Part shown: positions 27,404 through 44,455 of the stretch, in pieces | How the letters are laid out: each line of letters begins with the position of its first letter | Numbering within the stretch: position 1 is the first letter of the stretch | NCBI GenBank assembly: GCA_039545335.1 | Contig: BCIN01000002.1 | Location: forward strand, 3,068,678-3,130,088 | Length of the DNA: 61,411 nt | DNA from: Kondoa subrosea | Lineage: Eukaryota | Direction of reading: 5' to 3' | Translations under genes and position numbers: made by a program | The notes under the pieces: generated by a model | Seen by the model: the letters and a program-made list of their open reading frames with translations, nothing else | Database searches by the model: none | Told to the model about the DNA's origin: nothing

Positions 27404-28545
27404 GACGGTTCTATAGATCTCTGAGATCCGAGTGAAGTAGTATTTGAGGCGTGAAGAGCTTCAGATCAGACGCGCGAGACGATTGTACGGCGGTTTTTTG
27501 AAAGTGGAACGGTGCAACCTCAAGATGTAACAAAACGAGCGACTGAGCGGGATATCACGGCCAGGCAGATATACGCTGATAGTGTCAGACTTAGCAAAGA
27601 AGAGGGGAAAAAACAAGGACTGCGTTGGCCGTTGCCCAAAAATGGTGCAGACTGTTGGAATGCACCCGCGACTCGCTCTTGTCCGCGTGTGCTGAGATGA
27701 CAAGGCTGATGTGTGTGTGATGCCTGCCTGTTCGCTAGATCCTCCGCCCGAAGTAACCGAAATGTCTCGATACTGCGAATCTCGAGAGGACTCAAGTCTA
27801 AGAAATGATCCGCTTGACTTGCATTTCTCTATATTCTTCTTGTTCTACTACACTCGTTTGTCTCTGTCTATCCGGCGATGTTGCCTTCACTGGCAGTCAC
27901 TGGTCTCTTTTGTGTGACTGCATGGATGTGTTGACCCGCAACAGTGCAATGCAGATCTTTCTACTCAATGTTGCAAAGTACGCCATTGCAGTCAGAGGTT
28001 CTACTCTCAAGCATGGGCGACCGGATCAGGCCATGTTTTTTCTTCTAGGCATGACAATTTGACTTTGTCTGGGGACAGCAGTCTACTTCCTTCCACCTTC
28101 ATACTTAGGCAGGCTGGCTTGCGACTACTAACATATGCATTTCTTACTCAACGTCCAAGTCTAAGCTGATTGCAGGAGCAATTGGGGCAAGTCAAAGGGT
28201 TTGTCAGTAGGAGGAATGCAAACGACAAATCATACGCATATCGATATAATATCCTACACAATCCTACAACTCTGTTGTACCTCGCGTGCTGATAGCGACT
28301 GAGAGGCTGCTGACAATCGAGCTTCCGCTCAAATTGGTTCCGATCGCTACACAGACGCGGGGTACTTGTTATAGACCACCGTAATTGAGTCTACTCTTCT
28401 TACAATGCTGGCAGCCGCATCGTCAACCCTATCTTGAGCTCTTCTTGCGCGTTTGCATGCATTCCACTGCAGCCTAGAAATTTCGTTATTGCATAAAACA
28501 CTTTCTTTTTCACCAATCCCGTGCAGCTTGGGAGCGCTTCCCATT

Positions 28546-31500
28546 ATGGTTGCTGAAGCGCAATCCTCACGAAACAATAACAGAGCCTATCCACGTCAAG
28601 GCAAATCTGTCCTTTCTTCAAGGCATTCTGATGGAAAACCTGATCACAAGCCAAATACTAGAAGAGATCGAGTAACTGCTGCCGCTCAAGCTCCTCTACA
28701 TCGTCATTTCCCAAATGCTTATACTGCTCCTCCTATCATTGGAGCTAACAAAAATGAAGAATTGGCTATCACACCTTTGTCTGGCAACAAAGTCAAATTC
28801 GTAAAGAAATATGAGACTACAAGGACGATAGAAATGTGAGTATTCTTCTCTTATTATCGTCCTTATTCTTTCCGAACTGATCCGCTTGATGTGTATAGCG
28901 AGATCTCAAACGTACCTATGAGTGCAGGCCAAGAAGAAGTAAACTTCATGCTTCAGCGCATTTGTAAGTTCTTTGCTGGATCAACGGTATAATATGATAG
29001 TGAGCGGGGTTTCAAATAGTACATCGTCCACCTTTTACCGACCCGAAGAAAGACAAACCCTTGAATTTCAGAGTCTTCTTATTCGCTAACAAAGGTCGAG
29101 GAGGTGATAGACAAGAATGGTCTGCTCATTGCGGTACGGCTATATTAACACTACCGACTGCAGTGGCTGCACATCGTTTGCTAGCTGATTACGGTTTATG
29201 TAAGTTTCAGCGAATAGGTTGTTGCTGTGTGGGGAATGTTGAATGGTTCTTCCAGATGGATCAAAGAGAACAACGTTGCATCTTCAGCAACAGAGACTAT
29301 ACTTCAGTCAAGGTAAGAGTCGAATTTACCTTCGCAATTTAAATTGCTGATGATCGGATTAGCCAAGAGTTGGCCAACGGATGGTCTTCTCGATCACTTA
29401 CAGAAGAATGATTGGCTAGATCCCAAAGAGAAGCAGAAGCGTCGAAGAGAAGATGAGAAACTTGCTCAGCTTATTCCCATTCGATCGGTTCAATTTGGTC
29501 GAATGTGCAACAACAATCGGTTTTCAAACGAACATGAAGTCGTCTTCAACGCAGCACAAGAAGATGGTTGGATCTGTTTTGATCGAATTGGTCAATGCTT
29601 TAGAATTGGTCATCATGAGCATGAAAACGTCTTGAAAGTTTCTGCATTGAGCGTAAAGAATATGGTTTCATTGGATCGTGAGACTATGGATGGAAATCAT
29701 AGCATTGTCTTGGTTTTGGAAACGAATCCTTCGATTGAAATCAGACCGCATCACAGCCTGGAAGGCGTGGAGAGGAAGGAACGGCTTCGAGCACCTGCTT
29801 TCGATGACAAGCACAAGACAACGGCTCCTTTCACCATGCGTCACATTTGTGTCAACTTTAAGACTGGAGCTGATCTGCACGACTGTGAGTCACTTTAGTA
29901 CCTGTTCGCGTATTTGTTGACGACTCTTTGTACAGTCGACAAACGCGGCAACATCATTGGTCTACCACATTCTGTTTTCCATCCTGAAGTCCAAATTGTT
30001 CAGGATAAGCTGTACCGAAATACAGGCAAGAATGATCCCCGCAAGCTCTTGACTGTTTGGCTGCAACAGCTCTTACCAGTGCCAAACTCTATTGCTCTAG
30101 CTTTCCAGCTGGAAAAACTCTTTCGGAATTTGGTTCTTACTCCAGCTGAAATCCTTAGTATGAAGCCAACCCTTGATATCATGGTTAAAAAGCATGGAGC
30201 TCCGCTTGCTGCTGCATGCTTGAATCATATTGGTCAAGATCTACAGATCATGGGCTACAGAGAAAAGCCTTGGACTGCTGCTCCAACAGATTGAAAAGAA
30301 CTGCTCAAGAGTGCTAAATCGCGATTGGACCGTTCTTCTCGGTCCCTGAAATCCGCAAATCGACCTGATCGACTTATACCTTGCTACCATGTCGTTATGA
30401 CACCCACAGGCATGTTCTTAGAAGGTCCATAGTAAGTCTATCTATATGCACCACTGCGGCTGAACTGATGCAGTATTTTATTCCAGCCCTGATACGACGA
30501 ATAGAGTGCTGCGAAAGTACGGAAAGACTGACTGCTTCGTTCGCGTTTCTTTCTTGGACGAAGATCAGCTTGAATATCGTTTCCCGCTCGAAGTCGATTT
30601 CCGAAGTTTCTTGGAAACCTCGGTCCGTACTATTCTAAAAGATGGATTCTGGCTGGGTGCTCGAAAATGGGAGGTGAGTGCTTTCTCCTTTAGATATTCC
30701 AAATTGAGTATACTTCAACAGTTCCTCGGCTATTCTCAATCTGCTCTAAAGTCTCGCTCTCTCTGGTTTGTTACACCTTTTGAGATGCCTGATGGGAAAA
30801 CTATCAACGCAGAAGCTATTCGAGCTGCTCTGGGTTCTTTCGAAAAGGTTCAATATTCGCCTAGGTCAGTGTGCTGAAGAAGCCATCTTTGCCCTTCTGA
30901 CTGAAGATCCTTCTTCAGTCGTCTTGGTGCACGTATTGCTCAGGCTTTCACGGCTACAGATCCTTCCATTACCTTGACCAAAGATCAAATCGTTCTTGGT
31001 ACGAACGACAACACTGACTTTGGCAAGCAATACGGAGATCGGCTCAACGCAAATGGCTACAACTTCACGTACTTATCTTCTCTGTGTTTCGGTCGCGCTG
31101 TCCTGATACACATTATTATGCAGAGACGGCTGCGGCAGAATCTCTCGTGCATTAATGCTTCGTGTATGGGCGATGTTGAAGAACCGAACGGAAGCTTTGG
31201 AAGATGATATGCCGTCTGCTGTTCAATTCCGTTTAGGCGGGTTCAAAGGCGTTCTGGTATTGGATCCTTACCTGAAGGGCGAGCTGGTGTTAGTTCTGTC
31301 TCGTTTCCTTACCGCAGAATTGTGAGCTGATATATGAATAAGTCACTTGCGACCGAGTCAACATAAATTCGACGGCGGTGATGATCCTCTAGAATTGGAA
31401 ATCTGCTCGTCTGCTTTCGATCAGCACAGACCTGGGTAAGCTTAGACTGCTATCTACCAGAGCGCCTCCTTATGATCGCAATAGCCCAATGTACCTAAGT

Positions 31501-33556
31501 CGGCCATTGATCAAAACATTGGGTCAGTATTTGTATACAAGCTGTACGAGGTCTACTGATGAATAAGCTACAGAGGATCGAGGCGTCGATGTCGAAAGTT
31601 TCCTGGATCTTCAGAATGCATCGCTTCACGATGTGGTCAAAATAAAGTCATCTTTGGCTCGCGCTTCCAGAGTCATCGAACAGAATATGCTTGGACTCTC
31701 TTTCAAGATTTCCAAGGTCTTACCTTTAATCCGAACGTTGCACAACTTAAACGACGATCCTGCTAGACTGTTCGAGGATGCAGGGAGTTTCGGGCTGTTC
31801 ATGCAAGAGGTCATCTATTGCGTGCTCAGTCACATTCTGCGCTTGATCAAGCAAAAGGCTCGGATTCTGGTACCCGGTGGTCTCACTGCAGTCGGTGTCT
31901 CAGATGAGTGGAATTTTCTGAAAGCGGGAGAAATCTTCTGTTGTCAAGCATCAAAGAATGGCGGTGAACCACGATGTCTAGAAGGCAAAGTTATGATCTC
32001 TCGACCTCCTACAATCCACCCAGGGGATGTTCAGCTTGTGCACGCTATTGGTCGACCACCTCCTGGCAAAGAGGAATTGATGAATTTGACCAATGTTGTT
32101 GTCATGTCGGTGCGCGGGGAAAGACCTTTGTCCAATTGTTTAGGTGGAGGTGATCTGGACGGTGAGATTTCTTGCTTTTGGATCATTGATCGCACTCTGA
32201 TATGGACTCCCACTGCAGGTGATCTGTATCAAATAATCGAGCAACAAGATCTGCTACCCTCTTTAGACACCCAGCCGTCTGAGTACGCGACTAATGGCGA
32301 AGATTATCGGCTACCTCATCCTTGCGAGACGGATGATTTGATCGAGTCTATCATCGGCTTCTTCGAGCACGACCGTCTTGGACTCATCGCTCATCAACAT
32401 CTTCTAATATCTGACCAGACTGAGTATGGCTCAGCTCACTTCAAGGCGCTGGAACTTGCTCGGATTCATTCACTTGCTGTCGACTGTAAGCGTTTTCGTA
32501 CATCCTTATGCAATATCTCAAGGCACATACAGTCCCAAAGACCGGCAAACCTGTCCAGAAGGAAGATATTCCTAGGCCTTTGGTTCCACTCAAGCCAGAT
32601 TTCGTAAGTTCGCTTGAAGCGTAAAGTCTTTCGTTCGCTCAACCAGAGAACAGATGATGCCTGAAATAAGTGTTGGAAGCGCAGACCCAGCGCTATTCTA
32701 CGAAAGCAAGAGAGCTCGTTCGTCAATGATTTTTGTTCGCAATGGTCTAGTGCTGAGTTTCATGACCAAGTTGGACAACTTTTCCGCAACGTTGATATCG
32801 AAAGTCATGTACCAGAAGACAAAACACCTCGCAGAATGGCACCAAATCTGCCTGGCGCGATGGAAGATCTCGCATCGCTGAATCTATTGAAACACTCTCC
32901 GTTTGCTCTTCGCATTTGGGATCTGGTCTTGGCTGTCCGAGGCTCCTTTGAGGTAGAGCAAGCTACACTGAAGTTCTGCTCCGAGCTACTAGGTCAGTTT
33001 GTGTCAGTGGTGCTCTGCTTTGGCTGATTCATATGTCGATCCAGTCAACTTTGCCATAGACCTGCGCCAAATCGCTCTTGTCAATTCGCTGAGCCGGCAA
33101 CCAGGCTATCATCTGACTGAGGCCGAGATCTGTACTGGGACCATCTTGCTGTCTACAGCCCAACACAGGAAGAGGGTAAATCAGATGCAAACGGTAAGGC
33201 TTCATTTATAGTCTGGCAATTCTCGCCTTACGCTTTAATTGCAGATGAATCTCCAATCAGCCGATCTAGTTCAGTCACTCGAAGTGAACCTGATCAGCAA
33301 TGTTTCACCGAAAGACAAAGTTGGTCGTTTGTTCACGGCATGGAATTTATCCCAGCATCATCTTCAAGAGGAAGAAAAATGGGGAGCTAAGTCGTATGTT
33401 CTGTTTCTCTTCCTGGTGCACCGATATAATCTGAACATGTCGAATAGATTCGGCCTTGTTGCTTTGAGGCTGCTGCTGCAGACTCTCTTCGACGATGTTA
33501 GAGCATCTGGAAGCACTTGGAACGGCAAGCGAGTTGTCACATCCACCACTGACTAA
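28546..33556 (+). CDS. Eukaryotic RNAi-type RNA-dependent RNA polymerase; contains one in-frame TGA at 30292-30294
   Basis: VMTPTGMFLEGP|YPDTTNRVLRKY, FLGYSQSALK, SAVQFRLGGFKGVL, KARILVPGG, SRPPTIHPGDVQ, catalytic GGGDLDG|DLY across intron 32162-32218, LARIHSLAVD. Confidence 0.93.
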
Positions 33557-33657
33557 ATGCATGGAATCTAACATTTATAATAACATGATATACACATCAA
33601 CACTCGTACTTGTAAGAAATTTTGGGTTCCACTTGTACAGCATGCAATCATATCATT

Positions 33658-34637
33658 TCACTCTAGGCATTTGTTCACAGCTTCCGCAATGACTTTGTGC
33701 ATCTTGCTGGTAGGATGCAGACCGTCGCACCACATCTAAAAAGAGCCATTTCTTTCAACGGGATCCACAGTGCTGTTGGGAAGAGACTCACTGCTCCTTT
33801 ACCCGCCAGAACATCCTCCTTTGTGAACCCATATTGCTCAGGATGATCATAGACGTGCAAGAAAGTGTCATAAGTTGGCATAATCGTTTGCTGACAATCG
33901 GAATGAACTTTAGCAATATTCGGTAAATTTGCGTTCCAACGTTTGACTCTCGATTGAAGAGCTTGATAATGATCTGGTGCGTTCTCGATCCGCATCCGAG
34001 GAGGACAGTCGAATAGCAAGAACCGCCTAGCTCCTTGAGAGTAAAGCTTCTCTAGTTGATGAATGAGGGATTCGGCAGCTTTGGCTGATTCTTCTTCGCT
34101 TCCTGTAAAAGCGTTGTCATTGACCCCGCAGAAGACGACTGCAAAATGAATTAGCACATTCCAACTAGCAGAAGCAGATATTTACCAAAGAGGGAATCTT
34201 GAGCAGTCCAGCCCTTGAAGCGAGCAAGATCACTAGCAATGAAACCAATGTCTATTTGGGGCCAAAGAGCTTCTCTTGTACTTCCTCCCACGGCATAATC
34301 AAAGATCAACAGCTCCTCGCTGAAAGCTTTTCCTGGGCCCTTGATCAGATGCCCAACCCAATTTGGACAATCAACATTGTCAGGCAGATGCCAGGCCATC
34401 CCTTCTGTAAAACAGGCACCTGCATTGGGGATTAGCTAAATATTGCTCATGTCAAACAGATAGATACTTGCCTGGCCAGTCAACGCCGAGACGTTTATCC
34501 TTATTGGGAAGCGGACTGTAGCGAGCATCGTAACCAATTGAAGAATAACTGTCGCCCTGCATTCTGCATTGAGCATGGCCAATGAAAACATGCATACTAC
34601 AACTCACAAAGATGAACATATGCTTGATTGGCTGCAT
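33658..34637 (-). CDS. SGNH/GDSL esterase (fungal CE16-like); start approximate
   Basis: FIF|GDSYS (block I), DYAVGGST (block II), FCGVND (block III), LYSQGARRFLL, CDGLHPT (DxxH). Confidence 0.85.
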
Positions 34638-34891
34638 CCTGTTGTCAGAGAAGGAGCTTCCACCCATATCTCTCTTGAACACCTTTCGAGGAGAGCTTGT
34701 GATTGGCTGAAGCCAGGAAGGAACTTCTCAAATGATCGCGCAGCGACGTGCCCTCTCTATCAAAACCGCGACAACAAGAAGCAAGAGAAGAAGCCAGTAG
34801 GCGATAGCGAAGAGAATGTCGGGCGTGCCCTTCAGAAATGAGTTCTTTAGACGAGAAGTAGCGTTTGTGGACAAGCCTTTGCATATTTCGA

Positions 34892-35519
34892 ATGCGAAAT
34901 ACTCATTCTAAGGTCAATAGGACGGACAAGACCTGCTCAATGTGTGCGCTCTCATATTGACTGCAAAGCTTCTGCTGTATGTCGGCTGATGAAAATGGAT
35001 TGATCCAGGTGGGAAAGCTACCAAAATCTGTCTAGCGACAATAGACGTTTCTTCTTTTCTCTACTGCTGCGAGGGTCATCTTTCTGATCGCGGTTTTGCT
35101 ACTCTGATTCCTGAGCCCGAACTCGATTCTTTACCTAAACCTTCAAAAGACGAGTGAGCCGTTACTTTCATGTTCTTCCTTCTTTCCTAGGCGTCTTATG
35201 CCGCTAAAAGTATCGATAAGGTCGTAAAGGAATGGCAGGAGAAGAAGGACAAGAAGAAGACAGACGAGCCAAAGAAGGACGATCCGAAAGCTGTCAAAGC
35301 GGAATCGCCAGTGTCATCTCCCCCGGTTTCTAATCCTTCACGTAAAGCTAAGTATGCTTTGCATCGGGAGATCTTTCAAATAGTCAGCCATCAATCATCT
35401 GGAATCTCCAAATGCTGATCTTCCCTTGATTTCAGCAAGTAGACCAGTACAAAGCACAACAAGCAAGAAAGCAAGCAGCTTCTCTCCCACCTAGACCTCC
35501 TAGAGGATTTCCTTCATAG
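34892..35519 (+). CDS. Vps4-associated protein 1 (Vfa1/DUF1742)-like; start uncertain
   Basis: Spliced TCSM|CGKATKICLATID..FLYCCEGHLSDRGFAT, then IDKVVKEWQEKK and YALHREIFQ. Not in the ORF track because the exons are short. Confidence 0.72.
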
Positions 35520-35627
35520 AAAGATAACCAATCATGATTCAATGTAAAAATGCATATGAGTGTAAATGACCATCAATTGTACAAGTGCAAGGAAAAAATG
35601 CAAACCCAAAAATACAAAACAGAACTC

Positions 35628-40952
<5,325 letters not shown>

Positions 40953-41229
40953 GACTTGATCGCCAAAAAAAAGCACAACAGATTATCAACCAGAGGAAGG
41001 GGAATAGACCTGCTAGATGGGGTATCCTTGGCTGCTCGCACCAGCCAAGAAGGAGATCAGCAAGGTATAATTGGTTCGTCGTGAGAAGAAGACAACATAA
41101 TGCAATTCTCGAATGCGTATGAGTCGAAATGTTTGTGATCACAGTCATGTCTGATACTTGACGCAGCCAATACGATATAGCTACATTGTGCTCATATGCA
41201 ATGCGGAAAATAACAAAGTAAGTGCTACA

Positions 41230-42450
41230 ACTAAATTCGCCCTCCTCGCAAGTTACCAGCTAATGCAGCCTCAAACTCTTCTTTGAAGATGAAAGGACTT
41301 CGGCTAATTACCTTCCTTCGACTGTTTTATACATCAAATCTCGCATTGGCTGATGTAAATTGAGGTAGCGCGAAAAACTCACAATAACCATGAAGCGTTT
41401 CTAATCTCGATGAAAGCATTGGTCGCTAACACGCCTGTTTTCTTACTTGAATCGTGCGTTGGTAGCCAAGGCTTAGGTTCTAGGCTAATCTATAATCAAA
41501 GATCACTTAGTTTAGAGCATCGTACGCGAACGATTTACTGACTGGATTCCTCAACCGCAATTGCGAGAACTGTATTGTCTTTGGTTTCCGCAAGAAAGGA
41601 ATAGACGATAGAGAATGATAAAGCTGCACTTCGTGTGGACTTTGCATGATTTGCGTAGCTCTTCTCAAGAAAGGATCTTTGATTTGTGCTCTGGCCGGTG
41701 CGGGAGTCAAGACTATTCTTGTGATTAGATTCAGGCCTTGTACGGTGATCACTGAGGCGATGTCAGCGAATGTTTACGATAAAAGCGACAATATCACTTA
41801 CGACAAGGAAATGTGATTGCTGCGCCGCCTAAGGTCAATGCAAGACCAAGATGTATAGCAGGGTTGATAGCTTTTAATCGAGTTTAGCTGACAGTATGTC
41901 TAGCGAGTGCGCGGATAACTCACGGCCAGCATCAGCAGTCTTCTTGTTCTGTTCTTCTATCCAGCCCAACTGTCCCCTACACAACCATCAGCACATCGAG
42001 AGCACAATGACGCAATTATCTCACATGTTGTAGGCTAGATTCAGCCTGCGTCCAAGCGACTTGAGCTGAGCATTGCAGGAGCATGTATCAGAACATACAG
42101 TACAGGAAGGGCGACGACAGCTTCTTCGATTCACATCATGAGAAATCCATTTGTGAATGTACAAGCGAGAATGAGGACACACAGAAGAGTATCCGTAAGA
42201 ATGGGTTGGATTGCACTTCAGCTTCATAAACCACAATAGCATGGGTTGGAAAAGAATCAGACAGAGTTGAGATACTTGGTGTAGCTGCAGGAGAAGGCTT
42301 TGATGCAGGAGACGCAGGCTGAGAAGATTTCGGTGCTCCAGCTTGAACATGATGTTTGGGTTTCTTCTTCTTAGCCCATTGATGAGCTGAGCGACTAATC
42401 ACTCGAACAGATAGCAGCGGCGTTGGTACTACTCGTAAACACGGAAACAT
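41230..42450 (-). CDS. Hypothetical protein, probably mitochondrial inner membrane (targeting-like N-terminus, hydrophobic segments); 3' end uncertain
   Basis: MFPCLRVVPTPLLSVRVISRSAHQW... followed by intron-separated exons such as HLGLALTLGGAAITF and ITVQGLNLITRIVL. Confidence 0.45.
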
Positions 42451-42794
42451 GCTTGTTGTGGGTCAAGCATGCGATCACAAGACAGTCTAGACACCTTTGC
42501 CTCTCTCTCTCTCGAACTCCCATGTCTTTGCAAGGAATGTGCTGTTGGCGACCTTACGCTGTTCCTCTACGTCAGATTGTGAATGCACAAATGCAGATAT
42601 GCTTCAAGCGCAGTGCTATGCAATGATGCGGACGAAAAGTCATCGCTTTGAGCTTCCGGCGCTCGTACAGCTGTATCGCTTCATGCTGCCTCCTAGATGC
42701 CCGCTTCTTCTTCTCGAATATTGCGCGTTGAAGTGGACCAGCTTGAAGAATGTGATTTAACAGCATAGTGTGCTGGCTGGCATTAATTCTGCAG

Positions 42795-43315
42795 GACTGT
42801 CCGATTGAGAACTTGCTCCCGTCTCGCTCAACAACGCAACAAGACAAGAACTGCGCTGCGAGCCAAGAGCATAGTGAAGCATACTGTCTCATGGTCATAG
42901 TCTCTATTCACTTTCGGGATGTTAGCGAAGCCCTTTCCTCCTCTTCTGCTCCTACCGTGTTCCTGCCGAAATCGTAATTCGCGAGATGTGATTGACGACG
43001 ATTTGGCGAGTCGCCTATCTCGAAGACTGTACAGCTTCGCATGCGTTAAATCGATACAAAAGCAACCCAACCATTTCCAAAAGTCACGCTGATGCTCATA
43101 ATGATGCTCAACCATGTATCGTCGACTTGCACTGTATGCTTGTCAGCCCGACGAAACTAAGGAAGTCTTGTTTGTATTGTCAAATTATGTTACGACTTTA
43201 CAAAGACGCTTTCTCCCTTTCTACTCCTCGGTAACTACACCATGACTTATATACTAGATCAGTAGTGAACTCGGCCCGTCTCATGAGCTGTGGTATGAAG
43301 AATTGTTTGGGAGGT
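42795..43315 (-). pseudogene. Degenerate repeat copy X1 (frameshifted coding-like sequence, paralogous to 43907-44455)
   Basis: Shares blocks such as CTCCTCTTCTGCTCC, TGTACAGCTTCGC, AAATCGATACAAAAGCAA, ACCATGTATCGTCGA and CTTTACAAAGA with X2. The peptide CFCIDL.HAKLY.L is in both copies, with frameshifts and stops. Confidence 0.55.
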
Positions 43316-43701
43316 CTGGTCTGGAGCGATCTTGCGCTTTTCTCGTAGCATGCCATGCGGTACGTCCTGCTGTGCCCTTTCAAAGCTCACCCTGAGTGTA
43401 TTGCTGTGACATAGGACATTCACTTTACCGGATCGCGGGACCTTAGAGAAGCCAATGATCAGGCGATCTATGCGATTTCAGGCAAAGGCCGATGAACGAT
43501 GAACGAGGTTATCGATTGGCTTCGCAGTCAGCTATAGCCGACAACTACGGTACAAGAGTAACCCCTCGCCCCGCGCCAATCACCACGCCCTATCGGCGCA
43601 CCCATTCCTGGTTCATTTCGTACTTCCGGATAAACGCCGAGCGCGCTCTACAACAACATGGTATATCCAATGGATTGCACACTCAAAATCGCCTGTGCAT
43701 C

Positions 43702-43835
43702 GGCCGGATGGTGTAGTTGGTTATCACGTTTGCTTAACACGATGTTCGCAAAAGGTCAAGAGGTCAGTCGGACGTCAAGACTTCTCGGAACTTGGACTCA
43801 TCTCCCATCTATTAGATCGAGCCTCTTTCTGGTCA
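43702..43835 (+). tRNA. tRNA-Val(AAC) with a 7-nt anticodon-loop intron plus a 53-nt GT-AG spliceosomal-type intron (43763-43815) in the T-arm
   Basis: GGCCGGA TG GTG-TAGTTGGTTAT-CAC G TTTGC TT AAC A[CGATGTT]C GCAAA AGGTC AAGAG [GTCAGT...GACTCAT...TAG] ATCGAGC CTCTT TCTGGTC A. Exons are identical to the copy at 60368-60448. Confidence 0.85.
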
Positions 43836-43906
43836 ATTGATAACAAAGCAGCAGCTTGGGGCAGCGATCTGTGAGAATCCTTGCTATCGCGACCTCCTCG
43901 TATAAG

Positions 43907-44455
43907 AACCTATCTGATCGAGGTGAGCTTGCTCTCATATCGCTTCAACAATACAAAAGACTAGATGGTACATGTGCATCGCAAGATAAGAGCATCTGAA
44001 GCGTGCTGTCCCACGATCATCACCTTGATTCGCTCTCATCGGGGCAGCGAAGCTCTTTGCTCCTCTTCTGCTCCGATCGTTCTCCTCTCGAATACATACT
44101 TGCTATATGTTGTTGACGAGGATTGGTCAAGTTCCCTCCCTTGAAGATTGTACAGCTTCGCGTGTGCCAAATCGATACAAAAGCAATTCAACGATCTCCA
44201 GGGATCATCTCGAAGCTTCTTATTGATGCGCGACCATGTATCGTCGATGATTGTTCATGTATCGTCAATGTTTAATGTACGGTTGCCTGCCCATTGGGGC
44301 TAAGGAAGACTTATCTGCAATGTCAACTTTTGTTCCAGCTTTACAAAGATGCTTTCCTCCTCTTTACTGCTCAACAAATGCACTATGGCATTGCGTACCA
44401 GATCATTCATGAACTCAACTCTTCTCGAGAGCTTTTACATCAGGTATTGTTTGGT
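43907..44455 (-). pseudogene. Degenerate repeat copy X2 (paralog of 42795-43315)
   Basis: IDDTWSRINKKLRDDPWRSLNCFCIDLAHAKLYNLQGRELDQSSS, with in-frame stops upstream. Direct repeat of X1. Confidence 0.5.

Noticed and set aside
27420..28540. U1-like words (ATACTTA, CCATTGCA) in the intergenic region
   Set aside because: Wrong order, no ACTTACCT 5' end and no convincing Sm site or stem-loops.
30292..30294. Genome-wide TGA=Trp recoding as the explanation for the RdRP stop
   Set aside because: TGA terminates other genes here (THG1, GRC3, ATG16, the ACBD gene), and Trp is encoded by TGG in the genes translated.
43658..43840. Near-identical short ORFs MVYPM.CTLKIACASAGWCSW (also 60286-60576, minus strand)
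   Set aside because: These are translations across the duplicated tRNA-Val genes and their flank, not proteins.
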